A DNA stretch of 64,000 nt, taken from Lytechinus pictus (Eukaryota). How positions within the stretch are numbered: position 1 is the stretch's first letter; each line of letters starts with the position of its first letter. The stretch is from positions 4,216,001 through 4,280,000 of the forward strand of contig NC_087245.1 of the NCBI RefSeq assembly GCF_037042905.1, in the 5' to 3' direction. This document shows, in pieces, positions 49,536 to 64,000 of this stretch. Under the pieces are notes generated by a model, which searched no databases, was not told the DNA's origin, and worked only from the letters and a program-made list of their open reading frames with translations. Both the position numbers and the translations under genes were made by a program.

Positions 49536-51911
49536 ATGGTGAAGAAGAGAAGTATTGCCTACTTCCTATGGTTAGTAGGTGGTTGGTTTGGACTTCATCA
49601 TTTCTACCTTGGAAGGGACAGACATGCATTTGTTTGGTGGTGCACATTAGGTGGATTCTTTGGACTTGGATGGCTCCGAGATCTCTTCTGTATTGGGCGT
49701 TATGTTGATACAGCAAACGATGAACCATCTTATGTTGAATACTACACAGAGCTCTTAAGAAAGGGCAGGTATCCATCTTTCAGTATATCCAGATTTGCGG
49801 GTCAACTTTTTGTCAGCGCATTCTTTGGATTGCTTGCAACCTCTGCAGTACCTAACGATGTCGCAGATGTTTTCCCCATCCTGCGACCACTTCTTGCCCC
49901 ATTTGCTGTAGCCCTAGGAGTGCATTTGGTTGGAAACATTGGCAGAGAGGAAGGGTCATTGAAAAATGCTCTTATTGGAGCATATATACCAGGTATTCTT
50001 CTGTATGCTGACCCCAATAATATAGTGTATCTATCAATATGCAGTGCTGTTTACTTCAGGAAAAGTGTTGCCTATAGGCGGACACCAGAAAGATGGAAAA
50101 CAGAAGACATATGTGAAAGGATAGTTATCTTAGGATTAGCTGGTAAGTTGATAACCAAAGCCATTGGTAGATTTCACTCTTTCTGTAATTTTTATTCCAG
50201 ATCAGAAGGTAAATCTGACAATGTGTGAATCTTTTGAATATATGCTATCAAGATGCATCCACTGTCAAATGTGAAATTGAAAATAAGGGGATCATTTTAA
50301 AACAGACTGATTTGATTACTGTGACCTGGAGATCCTTGAATTAAGCGTGTTATGTAAATCACTTTTCCATTGAGTTTAAGTTGTTTCATTTGTTGAAATG
50401 ATTCATGTTGTTGACATAACTTTAACAATAAGAATACTTAGCAAATTAAATAAATATGTTGGAGTAAATGATATTTGTATTATAAATACCAATTATACAA
50501 GAATAACCCTTCGCTATCCTTGATTTACCATTTATAGGAGCTTTAGTGTGTACTGCTTGGGGCTGTGCTATATATTACAACATGTCTGTGACCACTGCCG
50601 AAGGAGAGACCATCTATGTAAAGGATGCCCTCACACATTTCTTTGAGTCACCTGCCTGGAAGGACTTCAAGGAAGTGATTGGACAAATCTGGAAGTTGAT
50701 TCAGGAGCGAGGTTGGAAGGAGGCTTATAATGAGTTTGTTGAAGCCTTGGATCCGGAAGGAGAAGCTGCTGCTCATAAGGTAAGCTCCTTGGGCTTTTAA
50801 AATCAGAATTGATAATAATGTAGAGGTTTTTAAGTTTGAGTAAGAACATATTGCTTGCAGTATATCCTTACTACTAAATATATGATCAGGGTCTTCAAAT
50901 CTAAATTTATAGGCATTTACAGTAGAGCTGGGGAGCGTGTTCATCAATATTTGTCAGATCTGACATCTTTCCTTGCTTTTGATTGGCTGAGAAGCACCAT
51001 TACTATGACGATTGTCTGATAAAACAGGACTCGTCGGATAAAAAAAATAATTTTCATGAAATGCTCTTCTGATATAGAAATATGCACACTATGCTTACTG
51101 AGCTGAAAATAAGTACACATGTAATTACGCTACATTAACCTAATATTTTGAATGCGATTTCAATTGTTTAGTAAGTTACATGTACATACCACATTCATTT
51201 TCAGATATGTATTTCCTACTCATCTTCTAGATATATTTTTTATTTATTTTTAAGTACAGGAAATTTTGGTTCACAAATAATAAGTAAAAAAGGATAGTTC
51301 TTGATTTGAACAATAGTATGCATGCTGTGACTGTTGGTTGTATCATCATTTTCAAACAATCATAAAATAGATTACAGTGTCATCTCATAAATCCACATTT
51401 TGAAATAATCATCATATCCAAGTCCAGTGGTATAAAGCTAAATGTTTTGTGGTGGTTTCATTCATGTGAATTACGTGAAAAAAAGCCCAAAACTTGACAG
51501 ATTGTTGATTTTTGCATTGTGACCTACATGTAATATGTAAAAACTGAATGAAAAAGCTATAAAATTGTGAAAGTATACTCACATGAATTTCCTGTCTTGA
51601 AGAAAAATTATGAAATACATGCATGTCATATTGATTGAAGATCAGCGTTAACGTCTTTAGTTTACTTTGAATTCTAATATTTTCAGACTTTAGAGTTAGA
51701 GGAAGGAGCAAGCCAAGAAGAAATCACTCAGCGATATCGTAAACTAGTGCGTAAATGGCATCCTGATAAACACAAAGGTGAGAAGAAGGAAGAAGCTTCT
51801 ATTCGTTTTATGGAGATACAGGAAGCTTATGAGAGACTGTCAACCATCAACGCTCGCAGGGCTAGTCATAGGAAAGAACATAGCTTTGAAGACGAACCAA
51901 GAAGGTATTAA
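49536..51911 (+). CDS. DNAJC22: DnaJ homolog subfamily C member 22 (wurst ortholog): N-terminal TM2 domain, multi-pass membrane region, C-terminal J domain; ~357 aa
   Basis: Exons 49536-50142, 50538-50779, 51687-51911, GT-AG, total 1074 nt. TM2 motif AYFLWLVGGWFGLHHFYLGR. J domain LELEEGASQEEITQRYRKLVRKWHPDK...FMEIQEAYERL with HPD. Confidence 0.95.
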
Positions 51912-53493
51912 AGATTAACAGAGAAAGCATTCAAAATTAGTGAAAGGAAAACATCTGAAGGAAAGCTCAAAGGAATGCAATATTAAAAAAAAAAAAAATT
52001 CATTCTATCATTGAGCTTACCAAACAAATAAATAGCTGTGCCTTTAAAGAATGAATGAACCAATGGGGTTTGATGAATTCAAAATAGATCCACGAATTCA
52101 GGAATTTTGAACATGAAAAGAAAATCATGTATAATGATGATGACATAACTGGTATCATCATCATGTATAGATTTTTAATTTGATGTAATTTTCTAAATGT
52201 TGTAAATTATCAGTCTTGAAGGTTTTCTTCAAAACTTGTTATGCAATATGCCACTTTCGTATAAAATTGCTATGTTTCAATGTTTACAGTACGAGTAAGT
52301 ATAATTATATATTTTATGTGTGATAGTACTGCTCATATTAATAATTCCATTGTGATGAAATATTGTATAAATAATTTGTGATCTTTAGTTATTATATTTC
52401 ATTTTTTGAATTAATAAGTTTCTAGTGCTTTTATTACATGTATATTTTGCCAAGAAACATTCCAAAAAGTCAATGTATCAATGCATTGTCTATCAGAATA
52501 TTCATAGTTATGCATAGGCAGGGAAAGGTTCTTTAAAAAAAAAGATTGCATTTTTACGAGGATAAGTCACTCTAATCAAGGTGATTGTTGGGTAAATAAC
52601 TGAAAATGAAAACAAATAAATTCCTGTCTTGAATATTTTATAGATTACGAGTTAATCTTATATTAAGTTGCTGTGCTATCACCAAGCTCAGTTTATGAAC
52701 TTTATGCTTACTACTTCCATCTTTTGGATGTCTGTCGTTTAATTGCATGATTTGACCCAGCCAAACATAAACTCTTTTATGGCGTCTGATCATTCTAGGT
52801 TTGTTCATGAAATTGGGAGCCATATTTATGATCCTCATATGAAGTTAGTGGCTCATTTCAGCCTTCCTTTAAAAGTTTCTTTTTAATTTAGATCAATAAC
52901 ATGTATGTTTCACTGCATGTGTGATACAACCACATTTTAGTTTCAGATGGATACACCCCCAACACCCCCCCCCCCCTGACTCTTCATGGGCAGATCAAGT
53001 ACAGGCAGTATAAAACATGGTCTACTTGGTGTAAACTTGCTGAATGACACACTTGACAAATTATCACAGTGGGTTTTAACCAAAAAAAAGGTCATCTGAT
53101 AACCCTGATTCATTTAGCTTGTTAGATGCTATCATTTATAGGCCACCCAAATGATGGAAATTGATTAGTTATTAAAAGAGCACATTAATTGTTCCAGCAT
53201 TATTATTGATAAAAATTTAATTAAAGGGGCTACAGTATTTGATGGCAGAGAAGAAATCAAGGCTATGAGAGAACAAATAAACAACGTCTTGATTATAAAA
53301 AAAAAACCATGATTGTATGTATGATTTGCCAAAGACCTGTTACTTTATATTATGAATATGATTATAATGCATTTCTACCTCCTTGTAAAAAATAATAAGC
53401 TTTTAGATATTTAAACAAGAAGAAGAAACCAATCCTCCATGTTGTTACTGGTTTAGTACAGGAAAGTGCCCAATGTGATAGTATCATATTCAA

Positions 53494-53984
53494 CCCCAGG
53501 GGGGGGGGGGCACTTCCATTGACGAGTGGATACCATGCGTGTCCATGGGGTTTCGGAAAGCACCCTAAACAAGTATTTGCAATGTTCTAAAATTACACCC
53601 TTGACAAGTATCTCCTTAATTTGACCCCCTAAACAAATACAGCAATATTTTAATTATGTCACGGACATGATCACATACGTAGGCTTTACCTCGGGTTTAG
53701 TAACGCCCCACCTCCCACACCTCGGTCAATGCAAATCGGACACTAAATACGTAGTGTTGGGGAAAAAAGTACATCCTTTACAAAGCATGTTAGTCTTTTT
53801 ATACCCACTCACTTAGACCGTAAACACAGCTTTCCTTGCAAAATATATACCTTTGGTCAGTATTTTGGGATTTTGACACCCTTATTACGTAACGTGCCCA
53901 ATCTTCAAAAAGAGATCCTTTTTACACATTTCTTTGAACACACATGATATCCACTTGTCAATGGAAGTGCCCCCCCCCCCCCCC
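53494..53984. mobile_element. Diverged inverted copy of the 40412-40985 MITE
   Basis: CACTTCCATTGACGAGTGGATACCATGCG at the left end. ATATTCAAC repeated on both flanks. Confidence 0.8.
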
Positions 53985-54693
53985 ATATTCAACATGTACA
54001 TTTATTATGTAGAGGGTGTGTGTGTGTCCAGGGTATTATATTCAAAGTAGATATAGCAAGAAGGAAATCATAGCATGACAATCAGTTTATTAAGAAAAAT
54101 TAGGGTGTCATACTGGAACATTTTAGCTAGTATATGCCATCATACATAGGCTATTACAAGCCATTTCCATTCGAGAATTTGTGAAACAAATTATTTTATT
54201 TATTTGATATACATAGTACTACTCTGATATTCAAGATTTTATTCTAATCCTATGCATAACAAAGGTGGAAAAATTTTCATGCCATTTGTATCACGTTTCT
54301 GTATTTCAGTACTTTTTCATAATGGGGGCTCATATTACCCCCAAAAAAGAGAAAGAAAATAATATGAAATGTTTTAATTCTGTGAAAAATGGGATTTTGG
54401 AATCAAGCTACATTAAAAAAAAAAGGAAATTAATTCTAATAATAGTCACTCTGAAGTAGTTTTTATAAGCAAACAAAACTGCATGTAAGTCTGCATAACT
54501 CTATATTTTCATTGTCCAAAAAAAAATGTCAGTAAAGGTCATTTGTGTTAGCTTTCATAGGAATGGATTATTACATGTATTTGCTGATCCCAGAATTTGT
54601 ACATTTACCTGTAATAGAGACTTCTTTTGGGATAAGCAAACTTATTATACCAGCCATAAATTCTTTGGCCAAGTGTAGCTCAATCTCGGGCAA

Positions 54694-54826
54694 CAATGTC
54701 AGGCCAGGGAAGGTGAGATGACTTTGCCATAAAGTTGGTTTCCAGTGGCATTACAATATGTCATGCCACTCGAAACTAACTTATGGTAAAGTGAAAGTCA
54801 TCTCACTTTCCCTGGCCCGACATTGA
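54694..54826. repeat. ~130-bp palindrome (hairpin-type MITE remnant)
   Basis: CAATGTCAGGCCAGGGAAGGTGAGATGACTTT ... AAAGTCATCTCACTTTCCCTGGCCCGACATTG. Confidence 0.75.
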
Positions 54827-57578
54827 GCTAAGCTTGGGTAATCTCTGCTGGTCACAAATCATCTTCTACTCTGGGTGATTTGCATCCGAATGGATTCAAA
54901 TTCTCTTTAAAAAGTGTCACCCATATATGACTTAAAACAGGTCTGCAAATCAAACCATCCACTTTTTTTCTTCAGCCATTTAAACATGCAATTTTTTTAT
55001 AAGTTTAGTTACGATTAGATCTTTAAAGAGTATATTAAAGTAAAGAATGATATGTATGAATCATATTATAGAACATGTAGTACGATTCATGTAATTTGTA
55101 TTATTGCTTTCAAAACTTTATGATCATGTGTCTTGAACTTGATTAAAATTAATGGTGCCTTGCCTTCTACATACATGTATTTGTTCATTTCTTTGGGCCG
55201 TTCACAACATTAATTTTCAATAGCTACATGTATGAAGTGATTCCTTTGTTTGGAATGAGGGTAGGGCAGCTTTTCACGGAACAGATTAAGTTGACCAATA
55301 ATATCCCTTCTACTTGCTTTAGATGTATTCCAAGAAGACTGTTTTTGTGAAATCATCCAATGATTTCATCCAGCCTTATACCTTGGTCACAATTGCTCTA
55401 TGGCGGCTGTATGCCGAGTCGAAAACAGCCGTTTTAACACTCTTGAACCAGCTAAATATAGGTGGTTTGAATAAAAATGAATGAACTGTTTTCCACTCAC
55501 CATAGAGCAAATATGACCGAGGTATTAGCATACCCTTAATACAGGCCTCACAATTTATGCCAATTCATTGTGTATACAATGGCATTTTTAATAGAGGGCA
55601 GAATACATGGATTGCCAGTAGCAGCCATCTTTAATTTTCATAGAGCTCTACATTAACTTAGTTGTTTACCTTGCTTTACTTTGAAATCTTATATTTTCAC
55701 AAGGCTTCACCTTTCTTTTGTGAGGGTTTAAGATAGAAGACAGAGAGATATACATGTTAAAAGACAAATGCATGAAGAGGAAGATATGAAAGAGGGAGGG
55801 AGTAGTGGGAATAACGAGTATACAACAAGAGTGAGACAGAAAGGATGAGATGAGGAAGATGGAAGATTGTGAGAGGTTGGAAAAAAAAGCCAAAAGGGGA
55901 AGGAGTAAGTTAATTTGAGGTAGAATAACAAAACAAGTGGGCTGGGGGATTAAGGGGTTTTAGAATATCTAGATACACTCAACAGAATTTAATATTATTT
56001 TTAAGTTCCTTTATTGATATTTTGAACAAGCACTGAAGGTGAATGTACCATATTGTAAAACAGAATAAAAACCCTGTAACTGTACTATAAAACTAAGTCT
56101 TTTTCCCCCCTTTGCAATTTGTCAATTGAGTACCAGAGTAGTGACATCACATTTCAATGTTTTATGATAACATGTCTTGATGGAGCATGATGAGAAATAT
56201 CCCAGCCCAAAGTTGATGGGATTTGGTTCATGGTACCAAAGACTAAACCTATTTACACTGATTTCAATGGAGATATTCATGTGTCCTTACCATTGGCCAC
56301 AGGGAACCTATTCAATCATATTTGGTGTGAGGTTTCATAATGCGCTACCAAAATATGAATTTCACACTGCGCTACTAAAATATAATCGTAAAAAAGCATA
56401 AATGCATAAAAATAGATTAAAAAAAATTGATGACATCCCACTTTCATACTCTATTGTAAAGTTGGGTACCAGCTAATCCACAATATATTAACACCGGTAT
56501 GTAACAAAACATGAGCCAAATAAATTAAGAAGTGGCACTTGATTGCACCAATATAATGTATAATTTAAGATGCCTATCATATTCATGAGCAAGCACTGAT
56601 TAAAGTTATTTCAATTATGAATTGTACGGAAGAAAAAGTGCCATTGACTTGACGAGATGGGACGATATATTATCTTTCCAAGTTGACTTATGGACGTTCC
56701 ACAGTTAAATGAAATCCATGCGCATGTACATAAATGTCACCAAAATTTGCATAGTGAATATGGTACCTATATTAAAAAAAAAATAATAATGTAGGTTCAT
56801 GGCCTAATTTTTTTTCTATGGACTTTTCAAGTTCACAAATGTATACTGATGGGATCAAGATATTTTAGCCTCTGTTGTTAGGCCTCAAGGAATAGCAATG
56901 TTGAGTTAAAATCCTTATTCCACTGACAAGACCCATGCAAGTTTCATCAGACTTTTACTTTCATTCAGAAATATACATAATTTTATATTAAGTTGACACT
57001 CAACTTTTGATAAGCTGACAGGGCATGATGGTATATTTCGCCAAGTCGATTGCACCTTTAAGCTTCCGTAGAATGGCAGCAGATTGGAACACAAAGAAAT
57101 TCACACTTTTATGATAAAGTTATATTAGTGTGAAACTTTTGTTGCTACTTCACTTACCATTCTACCTTTTTTTCTCAGATATTTATATCATTCTAGAAAT
57201 TTGAATTTCATAATTGGCAATCAATCAATCAAATCAGGGAACTTTGAAGTCATGAATTAACAAGTTCCAATCATGTGAATACTTTCTGAAATATGATTGG
57301 TTCAGTTGGAACGAAAGATCAACCCTCCATTAATTTTCAATCATCAATAATTAATTTAGGTAATGGTACATAATGAGATACCTGTTGTTATTCAGACACA
57401 CAAATGAATTCTGAGGAATAAATGTCCAGCTGAAATAGCTATCGGTATTATTCTATAATCAGTTGCAAGTCTATTGCCTTGACTATATCTTCATAATCCT
57501 AATCAGAGCTTAGTTCACGAAAACAAGATGAAACATTCAAGCATCCAGGTTTTAAGAAGCCATGTCAAGGTATGTCTG

Positions 57579-60500
57579 CTAAGACTCTGTAGATATTTCT
57601 TTAAGGGGTTGCTGTCCACTTATTGCACCATCCATTGCATGTTTCTTGTGAATTTTAATCCTTGGTAGAGTCCATGGGTCACATGTTGATGCTATAGAGT
57701 TCCGAGGGACGATAGGAACGTCTTCCCCATTCTCAGATTGGAAGATTGATGGAAGGCTAGGACCCAATTTATGACGGTCCTCCTATACCATGAAAAATTG
57801 ACAATGATGAAAGGTTCATAGATACTTAGTATTTAACCATTTGGTCAACAGCCAAGATCATCTAACACTGCAACGGCTGTGCTTATAGGCAGAAACAGAT
57901 CCAGCCGGATGAGACACAATGGCCCGAATTCACAAAGATGTTTTTAAAACCATCGGTTGAACCCATGGTTTATGCATATTTCCTTTTTAAATTACACTTA
58001 TTTACCGCGTATATTTAAAAATGTCCAATGCTGATGCGCGCTTTTGTCACAGTGCACCAAATTGATGCATGTTGCCATGGTTAACCCTAAAAGGACGGGG
58101 GGGGGGGGGGGGGGGCATGATGCCCCCCCTTTTAGAGTTAAGTACGCTATTTTATTCGAGTCCACTGTTTGAAGAGTAGACTCATTAATTCATAACAGTG
58201 GACTCATGAATCAATTAATAAATTAATGAGACTACTCTTCATACAGTGGACTCATGAATAAAATAGCATACTTAACCATGGCAACAGGCGTCGATTTGGC
58301 GCAGTGTGACATCAGAATTGGACATATTTTAATATATGCAGTAAATGTAATTTATACAGGAAATCTGTATTTGTGAATTCGGGCCAATAGTTATGAGAGG
58401 CCAAGTATTGTTCAAAACAATATGGGACCTGAAATAGTATTTTTTCACCTGGCTAGATTTGCCACAGCTTATAGATCCAATTGCCATTTCAACATATCCT
58501 TACATAATTTGGGCTGAATTTAATTGCATCTAATGACAAAATTTGTATAATCTATCTGGAAATTAAAAAATATGTTAATTATTAAATGGTTGCTAGAACT
58601 TGTTGTAGAAGAAATGGTATTGAACCAAGTAAGGTATGATACTTACAGGAATGAGACAAGGCAGATATTACACCGAGCGGAATTAGCCCAAGAATCAATT
58701 CTCCAAAGTGTGTAATTGTGCAAAATCATGATTTTCTTAGGTATGTGCAAGTATGTCACATGAAATAATTAATTTTATAAAAATAGAAAAAATATTTACA
58801 TTCAGTATCAGTAAAATAGAAATCTACATGTATATAGATGTGTGTCACAAACTTTTTTTTATGTAATACTTTAACTCCCAATTTTCATTGTGCTTTTAAT
58901 TTGACCCCTCCTTTCTGTCTACATTCTCTCCAATTAGTCCCTAAAAATATAAAATGCAGAGGATATAAATGTATTCTTGTATTTACCTGATCACAAAGGC
59001 GACATGGTTTCTTTGGCTTCTCAGTTTCCTTTTCTGTTGGTTCGAAAGACACCATAGGCAAAGGTGTTTCCCATTGAAATAGATTCCCCTTCTTGTTAGG
59101 ACGAGGTTCACTGAGCCTACAAAAATATAATTAAGTAAAAACAGACTTCATGTAAAAATATATTTACAAATATTTTGGCGATTTATTACTTTTTTCAATG
59201 TGTATAAATCAGAACTATTAAGGATAGAAATTTAAAAAATTAATTTTTCACAGAAATTGAATATACAACCAGAAGTCATCTCAGAAGTGGATTAAGCCCT
59301 GAAATATAACAAGGGGCATAGCAAAGTAAAGATCATTAAGAATAGTTTATGACCAAAAGATCTGACAAAAGCTAAACCCCAAAATGGCCAGGGTCCCCAA
59401 GACATTTTTGTGCCATATCTCTACAACTCATGAAGGGGTATGCAGGATATTTCATGACTTTCTTGCTAAGAATCTTGCTCATCTTTAGAGACTAAGATCA
59501 TAACATCTAGGTTTGTGGCTCTGAAGTTATGCAATACATGTATACAGCAGTATCTCGGACTGGAAATTGCTTTTAAAAAAGCGATTGCATATACAACTTC
59601 AATATGATTTGTTTTTTTAGCCAATATTAAGAAATGTATGATTGATATTACTTTTCTTGATAAAAAGTAATACAATACTTGCTCTTAATAAAGTTTGTAC
59701 CTTGAACATTAGCCTAATCTATGTATTAACAAATAGTAGTCAAATAGAAAGTTCATGCCTGTATTTTCAACCAACCACTGTCCTGAAATAAGAAAAGGTT
59801 CTATTGCCATGGAGTATTCCTCACCTTCTCTTGATGAAATCTATCTCCTGCAGAGCAAAAAGAGATGGATATAGCATTTGTGTTCTCAACCATATCTTCT
59901 TATCAGCATTATATTTCTTCCATTCCTCTTTCTTTCTCTCAGATGCCCCTAGAGACAAGTCATGTTTCCCGGTTCCCATGGTAACACAATGACCTTCCTG
60001 TCTTTGTTGGGCAGAGTATCGTGGAACCATGTTAGACCAGGTCATCTGCAGCGCGCCATATCCTGTGATGCCTCGCTTTCTAAAGTCGTGAAAATCAAAA
60101 TGTTTTGGAAGGGCAAAAGCAAAACATATTGGATATATGTACGGTGTGAATTATATATTCTTCAAATTACTACATGTATCTTTAATAGAATCTCCTGTAA
60201 TAATTGTGTTTAATTAACTAGAATATTCGGTCTTTGAATCTGGGAAGTGTTTCATTAAAGGACATTGTGGCATTTTTATCTGACAAAGCCCATGGTATTG
60301 AACATTTAACATAACAGTCGGACATCTGTGCTTCTCAGCGAATCAAAACCAAGATAAGGTGTCAGATCTGATAGATGTTGATGAAACATTCTCCCGGTTT
60401 TCAAACAGACTTAATCAATTTTCTAAAATGGTATTCTATATTCTCATCCAGAATCATCAAAAGATCAAAACAGAACTGACTCTACATAACTTCTTTGAAA

Positions 60501-63500
60501 AACAAATAATAATGTACAATCACAACATTACTCACCCCAAGGATGGACCCTCAAGGATGTCTCCTCGTCCTCCAATGCCTTGGCCTTTGCCCTTTGACCC
60601 CACTGTGATGTCATGTAGTACCCTTTGGTTACTAATGCCTGGAGTAAGAGGGATTCCTGATGGAACATACTTGATCTTTGTTGGTTTCTTAGGTCTTTTC
60701 TCATAAACTCTACTATTGCCCCTTTGGAGCTCTTGAAGTAATTCATGGTGCCTTCGCTTGTCTTCGATCATCGGAAGGTGAAAGAAGTCACGCCAATTTT
60801 CTTTCGGCTGAAGGTAAGAGGAAACAGAGCACTAATATGTGAGCAAATACATACTGACTTTAGTTTAACATTGACACAGATGAGGATGATGATGCAGTTA
60901 CCATGTTTTATTATGCAATGATGTATACAAAATTTGAAAGAAAAAAGTCTAACAAGCCAAGGGCCTTCTTGCTACTTCAACATGAGCCATGATCGTGTTC
61001 TTCTAAATAAACAACTTGAGTAATAGGTATCATCACACTGAGAAGACTGATAATCTGATAGAATAATGTAACAAAATGAAAACTCTTCTATACTTCAAAA
61101 TTTGAAAATCACACTAATCAATAACTTGAGACCTACCACAATCTGTGAGTCTCTGTCATCTTTGTGTGCACTGAGGAGTTCATGTCTTTTAACATTAGCC
61201 ATGGTGAGGTTTGACTTTGGTCTGCTACTCTCATCTTGTCTTGATTGAATCCCACTGCTGCCACCAGTTTTTGAACCAATTACATATTCACTGAATGTAT
61301 CACTAGTACCTGTCCCTGTACCAGTCAACAAGCTTTCTCCAAGACCAGAGTCTCCTGTGGGTTCCACAGGGGTGTTGAACCTGGGTCGAAATGGCGCACC
61401 CCAACCCTTAGCGATCATCTCATCATCCTCCAATCGCCTCCTGTCCCTATAAAAATGAATCCCTTTCCCAAAGCTCCTTTTCTCAATTTTTTTCTTGCTG
61501 TTTTCTCTTGAAATTGGCTGAATAACTGGCTTTCTGAGAGATTGTTCTGGAGTGGTGGCCTCCTCTTCTTCTTCCTCTATTGGAAGATGCACCATTTGTC
61601 GGAGGCTAGTTTGAAAAGAGGTTTGTTCTGTTTCAGATACCACAGATTGATACGACGCCTCCTCTTGTACCACTACAGATATTTGTGAATCATGGCTGGA
61701 TCTTTCTGCCACAATGCTTGTGGTTGTTTCAGTCCTCTGAACAGAAGATTGAGACTTCAGTATTGCTTTGATATCTCGTCTTGCTCCCTGGTACACTTTC
61801 CCACCCACATTCTCTGGTTTTACATTCTCTGGTTTAGAGTAATACTTGTAGTACTGCGCATCATAAGGTAGTAGATGCTTTAGCTTTCGCCGTTTCTTCT
61901 TCATGGCTTCTTCATACTCCTCCATATGTTTCCTCATCTTTTCTTTAGCTTTTTTCTCCATGATTGCTTTTTCCCTCTCAGCAGTCATCTCTTTAGCTTT
62001 CATCATGGCTTGGTGTTTGTTCAGTTTCACAGGTCTTGATAGATGCTCTTCTTCAGGATGTCTTGCAAAGCTCTCCATCTCCACAAGCTTCTCCTCCCAT
62101 TCATCTTCCATACTTTCATCTTTTTCTTCATCTTTCTCTTCATCCTCCTCCTCATCTCCTTCTTCACTTCCATAACCACTCAAAGCTTCATCACTTAATT
62201 CTTCTTCTTCTGCCAGGGCTATTTTCTCCCCAGTTGCTGTGGGCCTATGCACTCTGTGTGTGAGTGACATTCTGCGCTTTTTCTTGTGGATAGGTGCATG
62301 AATCTTTAAACCTTTGGGCTGGGATAAAAAGAAAGACAAACAAATAAGATCACACAATACATAGAATTATATATAGAACTATATAGATAATCTTACTCAA
62401 CAATCTAAACTTAAAAAAAAAAATAAGAGGGGAAAAATCCTATTCAGATATAAACATTTTCAAAACACAAAATAGTTGTGGGATTATACAACTTTTTAAC
62501 ATGGTCTCTGAATCAACAAATCATTCATGACAATGGATTCTTTAAATCTCTTTTTAATCAGCTTGTATTTTTCAAATTGCCAACAGTATTATTTTACTTA
62601 CATTCCTGCCAAAAAGAAAAAAAATAAATGTAGCTTATGCATCTTAAATACATAGAGATTGAAAAACAATATATTTTTAAATCAAAAATTACTTTTATTT
62701 TTTGACATTCCAATACATTGCCACAATCTCAGAATTTCAGCAATTTTTCCCTGAGAAGTGAATCCATCCTGATGACAAGTTGAATTCAATAAACACGATT
62801 ATAAAATAGGTGTATTATTTCAAGCATCGCGATTGGCCAATACACGTCACATGACATCCAACTTATTTGGTGCACTGCACGGCAGTGCAAAAGGTGCGCA
62901 ACGAAAATTGACATTGCACGCTCAAGCAAACCAGTGCGGTAGAAGTCCAACAAAACTGTACTGTAACTTTTCAAGAATTTGTTTCTGTGTTGCTATTTTA
63001 TAAAACAAATAATGCACTTGCTATGTCGTGCGTAAAAGTAAAAGCAGAGAAAGCTCGGTTTCTTCAGATGGTGCACACTGGGCACTCGCCGCCAGCGGCT
63101 CGTGCACAGTGCGGCACCCATCTAAAGAAACCTCGCGTGCTCTGCATTTCCACTAATGCACTCGGCTGCATGCATTATTTGTATACAATTGAGAGAAACA
63201 TATTTAATGAAGTAAGGTGAAATTCCCCTTTAAATGCTTCTAAACATTAACAAAAACTAGTGCTATAAATGGCTTTGACTTGAAAGACTAGCAAAAGAAA
63301 TTAAATCAAAGGAAGGGGGAGGATCATACAACAATTTCATTTTTTTTAATTCTATATAACAGGAGTGAACTGCTAGTTTTAAGAGTTGTTTAGAACAGAA
63401 AAAGGGACTAATCAATATCAAGAGTTTTTGCATGAAATGTTAAAATTGTTTGAATTAAATATAATACACCCTGCTAAACCTTGTTTACAATTTTTCCCCC

Positions 63501-63861
63501 TAATCCCTCTGGAATTTTCATGAAAAATTGGCATTAAATCTATGGTTGTAGTGTACATTACTTCTCCCCTATCATGAGTCAAATATACAAAAAAGTCATT
63601 ATTGACTTTGATGATTTGTTTTAAATTATGAACAGCCCAAAGTTGAGTTTACTTTGAAGGGTTTACCTTGTACTGATAAAGATCTTTGTTGCCTAGGTAA
63701 GTCCGTAGCCAATCCTTCACTCTCTCTGGACTATAAGATGAAGGAAGGTGAGATTGTGAGGATTGACTGCGTTCTAGGAAATGAGTCGCAGCACTATGTA
63801 GTTGGGTCTCTCCTTGTCTGGCCTCGCGTCGGAATCGCCTGGCAAGGTCATCCAATGGATC
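57579..63861 (-). CDS. Uncharacterized protein, 3' six coding exons (5' end outside the window); charged/low-complexity, with a likely coiled-coil segment
   Basis: Exons 63667-63861, 61137-62318, 60536-60807, 59825-60079, 58987-59116, 57579-57782. All GT-AG with phases 0/0/2/2/0 joining without stops. No domain recognised. Confidence 0.85.
57921..58385. mobile_element. Palindromic Harbinger-like MITE containing a tiny TTAA-flanked insertion (58081-58140)
   Basis: TIR GGCCCGAATTCACAAA / TTTGTGAATTCGGGCC with a 3-bp AAT TSD. Internal TTAACCCTAAAAGG..CCTTTTTAGAGTTAA. Confidence 0.8.
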
Positions 63862-64000
63862 CTGTGATACAAACAATTATTACATCATTTTTCATTCCAC
63901 TTCCACAATCATTCATCCTACAGAGAATTCAGAACAACACAATACAACTAGTTAATGAATAAAAACAAAGAATATGTACACAATTGTGTTTATGGTCTGA

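Overview
AT-rich, intron-containing eukaryotic DNA. The dense MITE/SINE content and SRCR-type receptors suggest an invertebrate deuterostome, probably a sea urchin (inference). The left ~39 kb holds a minus-strand tandem cluster of three related single-pass receptor loci. Two (B, 17078-24287, ~642 aa; C, 28538-38548, ~699 aa) can be spliced by hand into complete, phase-consistent 9-exon genes. Their architecture is signal peptide - atypical 4-Cys SRCR - WSC - CCP/Sushi - Ser/Thr/Pro stalk - TM - long tyrosine-motif-rich cytoplasmic tail. Their SRCR/WSC exons are highly diverged, but their CCP exons are ~92% identical, and a stop-riddled CCP exon remnant sits next to the functional one in B. 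The third locus (A, ~662-12.7k) has broken ectodomain exons but intact TM and tail exons, with an in-frame ATG in the stalk exon. The right part holds DNAJC22/wurst (+ strand, 3 coding exons) and the 3' six exons of a convergent uncharacterized gene (- strand). Many non-autonomous DNA transposons with readable TIRs/TSDs, SINE-like fragments, a 54-bp minisatellite and microsatellites fill the rest. All gene models were assembled by eye from GT-AG sites and have no transcript support.
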